NCBI RefSeq assembly: GCF_023055435.1
Contig: NW_025964001.1
Location: 65,224,001-65,288,000, forward strand
From: Haliotis rufescens
Taxonomy: Eukaryota
Reading direction: 5' to 3'
Length of the DNA stretch: 64,000 bases
Shown here piece by piece: positions 49,856-61,928 of this stretch. The notes beneath the pieces were generated by a model. The model did not search any database. It had not been told where the DNA came from and saw only the letters and a list, made by a program, of their open reading frames with translations. The position numbers and the translations under genes were made by a program. Position 1 is the first letter of the stretch. Every line of letters begins with the position of its first letter.

Positions 49856-50353
49856 NNNNNNNNNNNNNNNNNNNNNNNNNNNNNNNNNNNNNNNNNNNNN
49901 NNNNNNNNNNNNNNNNNNNNNNNNNNNNNNNNNNNNNNNNNNNNNNNNNNNNNNNNNNNNNNNNNNNNNNNNNNNNNNNNNNNNNNNNNNNNNNNNNNNN
50001 NNNNNNNNNNNNNNNNNNNNNNNNNNNNNNNNNNNNNNNNNNNNNNNNNNNNNNNNNNNNNNNNNNNNNNNNNNNNNNNNNNNNNNNNNNNNNNNNNNNN
50101 NNNNNNNNNNNNNNNNNNNNNNNNNNNNNNNNNNNNNNNNNNNNNNNNNNNNNNNNNNNNNNNNNNNNNNNNNNNNNNNNNNNNNNNNNNNNNNNNNNNN
50201 NNNNNNNNNNNNNNNNNNNNNNNNNNNNNNNNNNNNNNNNNNNNNNNNNNNNNNNNNNNNNNNNNNNNNNNNNNNNNNNNNNNNNNNNNNNNNNNNNNNN
50301 NNNNNNNNNNNNNNNNNNNNNNNNNNNNNNNNNNNNNNNNNNNNNNNNNNNNN
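49856..50353. other. Assembly gap
   Basis: Run of N. Confidence 1.
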
Positions 50354-51486
50354 ACATAGTGTTGTAACATCGGAGTGGAACCACCCTTACTCACAGACAG
50401 CATTTCACATCATGTGAAAAAGACATGTAAACATTAATTATTTCATGTTCCCCCAGCTTGTTTCACGGGTACACTTTCCCCGACATTCATAGTACACGGT
50501 GTCGATGTAAATCAGAAGGTTTTGTTTTTACGACCACGTAGTTGTTTACAGACAACACATTTAAACGGCTAAAACCTTTCAGAACCGGTGTCCATTTAAC
50601 CACGCACGTAATCAACCATCAAGGGTAGCGAACATACAGGACTCAAAACGTGTTCATTTCAAGCCACGGGTTCACTCAGCACTGGCGAGGGACGCAAGAC
50701 TTGTGTTCATTGCATGAGGGCAAGAAATAAAACATGCCGCCATTGAAATAAACGAATTGCTCGGGTGGTCCTCGTGGCAGTTGGTATGTTTTGTCAAAAG
50801 GCGTTGACATGCACGCACGTGAGCGTGTGAAATTGACACCAAAATCCGCCAAAGATCACTTGAGGCAAACAAGGGGCTATTCTTATATAAGTACACGGCA
50901 CGTGGTTGTCGATTGGGACGTAGATACATAAACTTTTGCACGTGATGTCAATTTCGTGCTTGATGACTATTAACATATTTGGTATCATTAAAATGAGATT
51001 GAAATAACCGTTCTGCTTCAACGCAGTGGCTGATTTATACAGTATAAAAGGTAGCACGACAACACGAATCTGACATCGCTGCGATATAGTGATATCCCTT
51101 TATAATGGGATGACATAAGGACATAAAGACTATTCTCATTCATTGTGAAATGTACACCGGGGAACAACGTGTTTATTTCTCTTTCCTTATAAATCAAATA
51201 AATGTGTTTGGCAAGAGGGCGAGCCCCTAAGTTTATCTATAATTCAAATGGTTGTTTTTGTTACGCGGTCACCCCTTGCAAGAAACAGGTCACGATGGTC
51301 TTTGATTGCAGGATGTTTCGTTTCAGAGGTCTGCACGGCAAGAATACCATGTCATTTAATCACGTTGCTCGTGGGCCTCACTGGAAATGGTGTTGTATCA
51401 CGCCCTCTGACGTTGAATGACGGAACGTAGGCCCAACTGGATATTAAAACGAGATGTCACATTCCGGCAAACGCCATGAAGAAATG

Positions 51487-51728
51487 TTTTGTTTGTTGGT
51501 TTGTTGTTTTTAGCTGCACTCAGCAATATTCCAGCTATATGACGGCGGTATTTAAATAACCCAGTGATTGATATCATGAGCATCGATCCGCAATTGGGAT
51601 ACGATGACATGCATCAACCAAGTCAGTGAGCCTGACCGCCAGATCCCGTTAATCGCCTCTTACGACAAGCATAGTCGACTTTTTGCGACAAGCATGGGTT
51701 GCTGAAGACCTGTTTTAACCCGGATCTT
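51487..51728 (-). mobile_element. SINE B
   Basis: Family B match with small deletion. Confidence 0.9.
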
Positions 51729-51987
51729 TTACCACGTGTGTCGTATTTATATATGACAATTTGGGAATATCACTCAACCTGGACAAGTACTGGTTCAACA
51801 TTACCGTTAAAACATTACATTTAAGTCTCTATGTTGTTTAATGGAAACAAATGTGTACGTTAGTGTTACACAGTCAATCATACAGTGAGGGTGGGGCGGT
51901 TTGGCGGGGTGTTTAAACAAACAACATTGCTTCCAAAACACGAAATTTTAAGTCACCATGTTGTTAATCTAACTATTTGTGGGGGTT

Positions 51988-52018
<31 letters not shown>

Positions 52019-52034
52019 GGGAAAACACTGACAA

Positions 52035-52140
52035 AGCCAGGCCGACGGCCCGGGTTCGATTCCCTACATAATTAATCCATGAAGCCTTTCCATGGTATCC
52101 CCTGCCGTGAGGTTGCAAAGTGTCGGAGTAAAAAAATACT
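52035..52140 (+). mobile_element. Degenerate SINE A
   Basis: cccgggttcgattccc..gaagcc..gccgtga. Confidence 0.55.
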
Positions 52141-53080
52141 CTTGAATGAGGCCTTATTTTCTTCTGAGAGCAGAGTGTGAATCATACATCCATTACCAAC
52201 CTAAAATATATCTCATTATCATATAATGGGCAGGTTTCTCGGCAGGATAAAGCCAACGGATAAAAACGATATCCGTTGGGGTCATATGCGGATAGAGATG
52301 CAAATATCAAAGGTCAAGTAGGACTACTTTCACTGTTTATAAACAAACATGGCGTCGTCCTCGTCATTCGGCGATCGAGTCAAAATTAACCATCGGGAAT
52401 CTGGATAAACAACAGGGATAATTGCTACCATTATCAAAAGAACAGTCTAATATACTGAAAATCAGTGTCTAACTGTGACGTAGCTAAGGCATTTTATAAG
52501 TTTTGGCTACTTTGGAGGTATAAATTTCGAAACAATTTTGCGAGGGCGCGAGGCCTAGCCAAGCGGGATCAGTAGCAATTTCTGAGCTTGTAGACCTCTG
52601 CGACTTGAAACCTTCTCCACAAATTAAAATAGTTGGATTTGGCCGAAATATGTTTGAATTGTTACCTTGTTTGGTTTTGTCGCTGTGTGTACATCTGACT
52701 ACACTTCTTAACCTTATGACAGGACAGACCGACTGTCAACAACGTCTGACCGTGCCCGTGACGTCTCATAGACTAGGGTTAGAGTAGCTTCCCTTTGACA
52801 AAGGGCAGTTACTCTAGCGGACAGACCGATGGATTGCCGCGAAAGGCAATTAAAAACAACTGTTGTTTTGCGTATATGTTGCTTCGCCACTGTATAAGAA
52901 AGAGATTTCAGTTGGAACTATATTGGCTACTGTCACTGTCCGACTGACACATCACTTACCCTGTGACGTAATAAATATTAATGCGCGCATTCCAGGAAAA
53001 CTCGCAATGTTTCGGTAATGTTTGTGAGAGAGGGATAGCGATTTTAAAGCACAGAATTAAAGCATGACATTATATGATAA

Positions 53081-53232
53081 AGAGGTTATCACGCTTGTGT
53101 GTTTGGAGATGGTAAATATCCTGTATTAGGAATAAACACTATGTATTTAGCTCGCCAAGGCTCGCTAAATACAATGTTTATTCCTAATGCAGGATATTTA
53201 CCATCCCCAAACACACTCGCGTGATAACCTCT
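53081..53232. mobile_element. Foldback (palindromic) MITE-like element
   Basis: agaggttatcacgc..gtatttagc / gctaaatac..gcgtgataacctct, ~70-bp near-perfect arms. Confidence 0.85.
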
Positions 53233-53910
53233 ATTTATCCGCAATCTAAAAAAAAAAAACATAAAAAAACAGCTCTCATGTTTGCATTGTGTTTCAGCTT
53301 GACGGCATGCATTTAATCGGAGTATAGACTGTATCCCAGGTATAACAATACGCCACTCCTCTGCCCGTTATGAGAGTTGAGTTTCCGCGAAAACCACGCA
53401 CCGGTGCAAGAAATGGGAATTAACGGACGCCCTCCGGCCCATGGGGAACCTCATGTCTGTCTCCATTAATCTCACCCAGATCCGGGAGGGGAGTTATGTT
53501 AATGCAACATGTTTTTAAGTATATGTAATAGTTTCACGTTTGAGTTAACTACAGCAGCATTTATGTCATATTTCAACGTCATGGCACTCCATGAAAAAGC
53601 ACCTGATTTATCCCTGCAACGTTCTGCTTGGGACAACCGTTATAATACTAAACTCAGATGTTGTACATGTGATCTAGTATAGGACATGCACAACTGCATG
53701 TGATTACATCAGTGGTGGGTCATGCATGCAAAATTAATTCAATTTTTATTATAATATTTGATTAATTCATAATTTTTAAATTCAAATTACACGTGGACCC
53801 TGACAGGGCCCCCAGTTCCACAAAGCGATCTTAGGGACAACCACATTTTAACAGAAAGCTGTGAATTAAGTATTTATGTATACTGAAGCTAAGAATACCA
53901 CAACTTGTGT

Positions 53911-54308
53911 GTTTAGTTTGTTTGTTGTTTAACGCCGCACTCAGCAATATTCCAGCTGTATGACGGCGGTCTGTAAATAATCGAGTCTGGACCAGACAAC
54001 CTAGTGATTAATATCATGAGCATCTATCCACGCAATTGGGATCGATGACATGCATCAGCCAAGTCAGCTAGACTGACCACCCTATCCCGTAAGTCGCCTG
54101 TTACGGCAAGCATAGTCGCCTGTTACGACAAGCATAGTCGCCTTTTACGGCAAGCATAGTCGCCTCTCATGACAATCATGTGTTGCTGAAGAAAAATACT
54201 ATCACTGGATTGTCTGGTCCAGACTTGATTATTTACAGACCGCCGTCATATAGCTCGAATATTGTTGAGTGCGGCGTTAAACAACAAACAAACAAACAAA
54301 CAAATAAA
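53911..54308. mobile_element. Rearranged SINE B pair: minus copy (53911-54191) plus plus-strand 3' part (54201-54308)
   Basis: Tails point outward at both ends; four 22-nt units at 54092-54179. Confidence 0.88.
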
Positions 54309-54367
54309 CCTATTCCGCGTGCTGTATGCATTCGTTGTGGTGAATTAGCCCTATACAAATCATCAAC

Positions 54368-54630
54368 ATCGTGGTCTAGTGCATATAGATAGCGTTTGTG
54401 GTTCAATCCCCGGCCCCGTTAAAAGATGGTACTTGTTGTTACCCTGCCTGGCGCATTTACGTAATAAAACAAGGACTGGTCGGCTCGAAGTTAGTAATAT
54501 TGTGTCTGGGTGGTGTATCCATGTTAAACTGCGGCATGGCATCTCAGTGGGCTATCACCATAAAACCGGCGTTCGTTTGTAGTAGTATATGCAGACAATA
54601 TGCAGTGACGTTTCCCCATTTCACCTAACC
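54368..54630 (+). mobile_element. Degenerate SINE D
   Basis: ttaaaagatggtacttgttgttaccctg..aacaaggactggtcggctcg matches 9850-9925. Confidence 0.85.
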
Positions 54631-54759
54631 TCTCATCATCATCATCATCATCATTGGTACTATTATAATAAGTCTTTTAAGTTAATCACCCTTTCCCGCT
54701 TTAAGTCATAGATTTAAAAAAGCGACAAAACCCTTTCCATATTCAATAGAAATCTCTCG

Positions 54760-54900
54760 TCGATTGTACGACTCCGACAAGATCATGAGCATGTGTTTAT
54801 GAATCACTATCAAATAGTGATGATACCAGGTGTTCGCGAAAAGGTGAGCGTATCCTGCCCCACCAGTGACACACGTCACAAACACATGCAAAGGCAAGTC
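54760..54900 (-). mobile_element. Penelope-like element fragment
   Basis: Minus strand gtgtcactggtggggcaggatacgctcaccttttcgcgaacacctgg resembles a molluscan Penelope terminal motif (from memory). Confidence 0.45.
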
Positions 54901-55528
54901 AATTGTTCATCTGAAAAAAAAACACGAGAACATATGGTACAAGTCAAAATAGGGAATTGCATCGGACATCATTTTTGTCATTGATGCATCAAATGTGGAA
55001 ATGTCCTCCACGTGTCCAACAAAAATCATTTGAAAGTTTTACTGAGGCCTTGAATGTGGTAACCTTGATCAAACAACTTCGGAGCATGAGTGTTTGACGC
55101 TCTTTAGAATCTTGGTAGAAAGAGCACAAAGAAGCATGATTGGGGCATCCTCTGGGTCTATAATCTACACACAGTAGATAGTTTTGCAATCAATATGAAG
55201 CACAAATGTATCGATGCAGAGGATGCAGAGGATGCAGAGGTTGCAGAGGTTGCAGAGGTGAGTAGTGCCACTTTCAACAGCAATACAACTTCACGAAGAA
55301 AATCTCGTATTCCGAACCCCACGAACAGGATTCGAACCCCACGAATGTCACGAGATTGTTCCACAGTGATATGTGGTGGCCCACTGGACACGACTGACAC
55401 ATTTTGGCAGTTCAGAGTTGCGTCCCTTACGCATCGCCGGATCCGCTGCTTGTGCATCACACCGTGATCATGGGTTGTCCCCCCTCCTCCCTTCTCATAC
55501 TGTACTGAACACCCCTTGAAACCCAACT

Positions 55529-55746
55529 GACCCGGGAAGATCCGGGGAAAAGTAGGTCTACATCAACCCATTCTTGTCGTAAAATGTGACTATGCTTGGT
55601 TGATGCATGTCATCGATCCCAAGTGCGTGGATCGATGTTCATGATATTAATCACTGGATTGTCTGGTCCAGACTCGATTATTTACAGACCGCCGTCATAC
55701 AGCTGGACTATTGCTGAGTGAGACGCTAAACAACAAACAAACAAAC
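55529..55746 (+). mobile_element. SINE B, internally deleted
   Basis: gactatg joined to cttggttgatgc; tail intact. Confidence 0.88.
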
Positions 55747-56661
55747 ACTCCACCGCCTGAAATTAGGATATTATACATATTAATATTACACTCTACGGTA
55801 ATAGGGTTCAATTTCTGAACGTAAATCTCGCAATTGGCTACTTTAGATTGAATCGCCGCCCAAAGCAGAGCTAATGGATAATTACAGCGTATTGTTTCAC
55901 CACGCGGCGGGCACCTGTCAAATCAAGTTGAATAACTCATTTCTTTCCGAACCACGTGTAGACAAGGATTCGATTTCAATCAGCACATGTCAAACTATAA
56001 CTCTAACCCCATGTGAAGAAAAAATGGAAAATAATTGTTTTCTTGTATAGCCACAACAAAATGTCAGGTCGTGTTTGAGGGCGATATGTTTCTCGCCGCT
56101 CCAATTGGACGATTCCATTATAGCAAAATATGGATGTTAGGTATGTTTGTACACACAATGAACTGGACCAAACTTCAAGAACTGTCCAAATGATGATGGT
56201 ACGTCTTTTCAGTGCGACATTAATGCCTAGGTTATGCGATTTAGCATTGTTATATTTTAGCATATTATATTTTACAGGTTCAAGTTGATGTTTAACGAAG
56301 TATCACCCCTGTACATTACTAATGGATTCTCCAAGTAACTGTACATATGAGTAAACAAGTCTTATTTAACTGGTTACAAAAAATATTTATGATAAGATCT
56401 GAAGGTAAATATGCGGGGTGTGCAATTGATTACCAGAGTAATGTATTTCGTGAAACGGACACCTTTTCGTGCCGTTAGTTTGGGTGGCAGTTTCCGAAAC
56501 ATACACTACCACGTGGCCACGAGGTAAGCGATATACAAAAACGTGCAAAAGAAAATGTTTTTTAAACACGATGACATTTACTCCAAGACACAAAAGATGC
56601 GATAACTTCCTGTATCTGGGGTTGTACATTTCCTGTACATATCATTTCCCAGATTTGAGTT

Positions 56662-56944
56662 TGAGTGAGTGAGTGAGTTAGGTTTAACGTCGCTGTTAAC
56701 ATTATTCCAGTTATATCGCGGCGTGTCAGCTTAATGTGGGAGGAAACCCCGAAGTGATGCAGGTCTCTGACGTTTACCACTTCGGTGAAACCAACGAGCA
56801 CGGGTATGGTGCTGACAAACCTAGAAACATAATCGGAGCGAACCGGGATTCGAACCCACAATCATAGGTTTCTGGCGTGCCCAAGGGACGCAACTCTGCA
56901 CAGCGAATCGCGGCGCCTTACACGACTGGGCCACCCGTGCCCCC
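56662..56944 (-). mobile_element. SINE C, full length (V-SINE-like)
   Basis: tRNA-like A/B boxes, CCCGTGCTCGTTGGTTTC..GGTTTCCTCCCACA V-domain-like motif, shared tail; TSD ttgagtttga. Confidence 0.93.
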
Positions 56945-57522
56945 TTGAGTTTGACATACGCACGCCACGCAGAGGGTATGGCGTGTTGGTTGAAATACGT
57001 TCTACATTAATTTATAACAACCAATAACTTGGTGCATGAGTTGGGTTTATATGCAGTCAGCTGATTCCAAGTTAATGGCTGTTCTGATCTGGCACAGACA
57101 AACCAAATCATGTATATATCGACATAAGAATTAATAGAATTAAAACAGTCAGGTTTACGGTTCATGACAGGCATCAATGCCCCGTCCACAGTCAACCCCT
57201 GTCCGACTCCCAAACCCTAAAGAAAAGAATAAAGGAATCCAACTCAAGTCTAGAATGATTTGGCAAGTCTAGATTGCATCAGCAGTTAAGGATTGTTTGG
57301 GTTTCATTTAGATTAATTTTTTTTGTTATTTTGTAGATACATATTTTTAAATAGGATATTTATTTCTGGGACTAAATGTTAGTCTATGTCAGCCCTTGTG
57401 CCCAACGAACAATCGTCCTTGCCGCATGCGTTACTAAGTCGCGTTTCATAAGTGAAGGAGGTAACTAAGATACATTAACATAGTCTTACGACCTATTCTA
57501 CCCCAGAATCCACACAGGGCAT

Positions 57523-57783
57523 GACCCCAAGTGAAGATCAGGGAAAGAATTGTTTTTCAGCAACCCATGTTTGTCGTAAGAGGCGACTAACGGGATCGGG
57601 TGGTCAGGCTCGCTGACTTGGTTGATGCATGTCACTGTGTCCCAATTGCGTAGATCGATGCTCATTATGTCATTCACTGGATTGTCTGGTCCATACTCGA
57701 TTATTTACAGACCGCGGTGATATAGTTACAATATTGCTGATTGAAGCGGTAAACAGCAAACAGACAAACAAATAAACAAACAA
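57523..57783 (+). mobile_element. SINE B (single hairpin unit) preceded by an inverted head remnant at 57489-57519
   Basis: Family B match. Confidence 0.88.
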
Positions 57784-58719
57784 AGGGGATTCGTTGGGCG
57801 TTAGTACACATTGACTGCATGACCTTATTTATAAGGTTTCGGTATACGAGAACGTGTTAAACGATCAAAATGCCATTCTCTGTCCAAAGCACAGTTACGA
57901 AGCTCCCGACAACACATTTTAAACTCAAACAACAGAAATCTCCCCATTCAAATTACCCCCATTCAAAACCAATTTACCAATATTTTGACATTACCCATTA
58001 AATTAACTTTTTAGCTAATGCACACATCATAAACAATTCACCTATCGTCTCGTCAACAATTACGAGCGTTCGGTTCACGTGTCTTCTTGCAGGGGGTAGG
58101 TCGAATTCGTTGAATGATTTACATAACCCCCTGCAATCCCCGTGTGGGGGGAGCGTGAGAACGCCAGATATAAACAAGTTTTGCTAAAACAATGGCCGAT
58201 ATGGCAGATGATATGCGCCAGGGGAGGCTAATGTAAACATGTTAGGCTCGACTAATCTTTTTTCTTGACAGCACAGCGCTAAATTATTTCAGCACTGATG
58301 CGCCGCGCTAAACCTATTTCGACAAGGGGGTTAGAGAACCAGGTTGTCATGGAATTGTAGATTAGGGGAGACAATTGGTGGCAATTGTCTGACAACCTCA
58401 CGATAACAATCTCCGCGGTAGTCAGTGTATATAAGTATAACTTGTCTGGCGGTCGAAATTATCCATGTTTCTCTTTTCAGTTGTTTACATTAGTTCATTG
58501 TTTACTTCTCTGCTAATATATTCCTGAATGTAATGGTAATGAATTGTTCCTTATCTTGGAGAAAATTCTGTGTCACTTGGATCAGACGAACCTCGAACGC
58601 AATCTTCCGCCATGCGCGGATTCAGAAGGGGGGGGGGGGGGGGGGTTTCGCCCCTAAACTCAAACCCACTCACATATTAAAATAGTACTAAATCCACCAA
58701 CGCCCTATGCAAACATTAC

Positions 58720-58925
58720 CTCATGTTTCATTCACAAAATGTTCATGCAAAGAAAATCTGCATCTCCTCTCTAGACCTTAATGATATTTGTATTCCATTG
58801 TGTATATCAATGTTTATAACTTTCCGTTATAACTAGTCATGTTCATGTTTTGTACCCTGCCCCCCATAGGTGTTCATGTACAATAAATCTTCTTCTTCTT
58901 CATCTTCTTCGTCTTCTTCTTCTTC
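58720..58925 (+). mobile_element. Retroposon 3' end family E
   Basis: Ends aataaa(tct)n. Confidence 0.8.
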
Positions 58926-60158
58926 TATAACATCTTTCTTACCCTTCCCTTTTTAAGCATACGTGTTTACAAATAAATTACAAATAATTGACTGTAGTTG
59001 GTCTAACAAACGCAATTGTTTTCAGAACTATTTCCATGCGTCTTGTTTTAAATCCCACCCGACCCCCAACCCCTCCCCTTATTAAAGAACCTGAGCACCA
59101 GACACACACCGCAAGCCTACTCCTACGTCCACCCCTCCCAAAACGCTACCAACCCCACACCATCAACCACCCACCCGCCAACATCAACCACCCACCCCTT
59201 CCGTCTTCGACCAAGAAGACCACGAACCAGCCCCCGACCTACCCCACCGTGATTCACGTGCATTGATTGATGTCACAATCAAATGCTATACCGGAGGTTC
59301 TAGTTTTACACCTTGCAACAAAAAAACATTGAACTTCTAACGCGGAAGCTGCTGTATAATTTGGAAACATCTGAAGGATATCTCCGTTTTGCACACGGAG
59401 CCCGAGGCTCGTCACGTGTGTGGTTCTGATTGACGCGCAGTGCAATGTACATGCAACGAATGAACACGGAAATGTACATCCTCTGTCACGAGGGACGGCG
59501 CTATCACGTGCTTCTTTGTTTTAATTACGGAATGACATGTGTGTTTTCCTGATCACGTATGATGTCACGATGTCTATTTCAAGAGGTGTTTAACCAAAAC
59601 AGGTCTCACAAGCTCACTCACTCACTCAGATAAGATAAATGCACCAATGAAATGTCTGCCGGGTTCACACAAGTAAATATTCCGGTTTATGTGTGGAGAA
59701 GATTATAAACTTGATAATATTTCAAAACAACGCTCCAAGTCACCTTATCTCCTGCTGTAACGTCCGTCTACAACATCGTCCAGCAACATCCGCAACATCA
59801 AATAGTAATGTCGATGTCGCTGACAGCGTTGTATAGATCTAATGACGTCATCCGTGACAAAACGTACCGCGCACCTGGCACACCTGTTTGTTGACTGTCC
59901 CCTTCCTTGTTTACTGTTTGTTGTTTATTGTTTATGAGTACAAGCGTACATGTATGATATTTGCAGGCATTTCAAACGGACAAAAGCATATATATCCGTT
60001 TGCCCTTTCATCTCATATCTGAAAAACAGTACATTTATTATGAAGTTTCTAATATCCATTGTCAAACAGTAGACATGCAATCAGCATATTACACTACAAT
60101 GTTTACTGAATTATAAAATAACCCCTTTCAAACCATATCGACCCTACACACACATACT

Positions 60159-60353
60159 TAGCCTTGCTCCAAGGCTAACTGGAACAAAAGTCCACGAATG
60201 TAGTAATCCTATCATTTTAATAGGCAGGTCTAGATACGTGGATAGTCTAAGGGCTCCAGTCTCTTGTGGAGACAACGTGTTCTTGTTATTTACAAAATCT
60301 ATAAATTATGATTTAAAGTAATTATTATTGCCTTATAGACTTGGGCAAGTCTA
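60159..60353 (+). mobile_element. M1 element, complete
   Basis: Ends TAGCCTTGctcCAAGGCTA and TAGACTTGggCAAGTCTA. Confidence 0.75.
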
Positions 60354-60589
60354 GTACTTACTATTCTCATCTCTCGTTATACAGCTTTATCCAGCGACCA
60401 AGTTATTCTGATTGTCGTTCAGTCCATAAACTCGGTTATCCATAAACTGTTTGTAATTGTTATCCATAAATTGTGTCTACTTTGTCAACCGTCAACTTCT
60501 ATGAAATGCCTATCAAACAATTTAGCGATTTAATGTTTGCAATTTATATCTCTATATCAATATCGGGGCGGTGATGTAGCCTAATGGTT

Positions 60590-60758
60590 GAGTGAGTGAG
60601 TGAGTACGGTTTTACGCCGCTTTTAGCAATATACCAGCAATATCACGGCGGGGGACACCAGAAATGGGCTTCACACGTTGTACCCATGTCGGGAATCGAA
60701 CCCGGGTCTTCGGCGTGACGAACGAACGCTTTAACTACTAGGCTACCCGACCGCCCCC
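60590..60758 (-). mobile_element. Young SINE A nested antisense in SINE A
   Basis: TSD taatggtt / tgatggtt. Confidence 0.95.
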
Positions 60759-60868
60759 TGATGGTTTAAGCGTAAGCTCGTCACATCGAAGTCCCGGGTT
60801 CGATTTCCTACGTGGGAACAATATGAAAAGCCCTTTTCTGGTGCCCCCGACCTGATAATGCTGGAATA

Positions 60869-61040
60869 CAGTAAACTACGGTTATAACGAACTCGAGGGG
60901 ACCACTAATTTTAGTTCGTAATAACCGTAGTTCGTTATAAGCAAATAAACAACATTTAAACAACTAATTGTCGGGACTAAAAATTAAGTTCGTTTTATCG
61001 GTCAGTTCGTTATAAGCGTGTTCGTTATATACTGTTTGAC
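60869..61040. mobile_element. pogo/Tigger-like MITE nested in SINE A
   Basis: TA|cagtaaactacggttataacgaac; reverse complement of 32066-32239. Confidence 0.85.
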
Positions 61041-61213
61041 CAAAATCGGCGTAAAACCATACCCACTCACCCCATATCAATATTTTGCATTCTTGCTCTG
61101 CGTTCTGTTGTGATGATCGTTTACATGTATTTATTCTATTTTATGTATATTTGTTGTATACTATCGTATCACTTCCTGTCTTAGACTAGCCTTTCTTCTG
61201 TTAGATCGTGCGA

Positions 61214-61378
61214 CGGTCGGTGACCCAGTCGCCTGTGGTTTAAAGATCGTGGGTTCGAATCCCAGCTTTGCCCTGACTATGATTATCGGTTTGTCTGCCC
61301 CATATTCGTGCTCGTTGGTTCAACCAAACTGGTCCAAGGCCTACAATTTGGACTTTCCGCCCACATTAACCTGACATA
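61214..61378 (+). mobile_element. Degenerate SINE C lacking the A-B box insert
   Basis: gtgacccagtcg..gtgggttcgaatccc..cgtgctcgttggtt..tttccgcccacattaa. Confidence 0.65.
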
Positions 61379-61422
61379 AATCATCGTATCCAATAAATAC
61401 TTGCACATGTACGCCTTTTTGC

Positions 61423-61611
61423 TAGACGAGCGTCTAGTCTCTGTAACGAACATATCTTACAGAATAAAAACAGTTGTTAAATTATCTCAATAAAAATATA
61501 ATAAAAAGGAGCCCAGAGACTCTTCATTTCACTGTAGTAATCTAGACTTGCATTATAGACTTGCATTAGCTGTATTGGATATATTTGTATTAGGGTCTGT
61601 ATGACAGACTA
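61423..61611 (-). mobile_element. M2 element, complete (AcademH-like)
   Basis: TAG..CTA termini with terminal palindromes; perfect 10-bp TSD gcctttttgc (61413-61422 / 61612-61621). Confidence 0.8.
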
Positions 61612-61928
61612 GCCTTTTTGCTTACTGTGTTCTACGTTTTCAGTACGAAATTATGCCAAAAATGAAATTTCATCCTCTACAATCCTTTTCAAAATAAAAT
61701 CATCCTCAAAATAAAATCCTTTTCACAATCAAATGAACTTGACAACATAAAATTTGTAATTAAATGTAAATCAGCAAAATCAATCCTAGATTTATTTGTT
61801 ATAACAAACATAAATACTTTGTATCTTATGGTATCAAGCTCTGTATCAGACTGGTCTGAAATGATTACTTCATAACATGCTTATGGCTTTACTCATAGAC
61901 AGCAGGGAGTCGGCCCTAGCGCCTACCC

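Larger units (their letters stand above)
60565..61072 (+). mobile_element. Old SINE A split by two later insertions
   Basis: Pieces 60565-60589, 60759-60868, 61041-61072; outer TSD atatcaatat. Confidence 0.85.

Noticed and set aside
56278-56334. Possible micro-exon (tttacag..gtaact)
   Set aside because: Splice-like signals alone are common; no partner exons or recognisable peptide
58345-58366. miR-281-like sequence TGTCATGGAATTG
   Set aside because: Only the 5' 13 nt match and no complementary arm forms a hairpin
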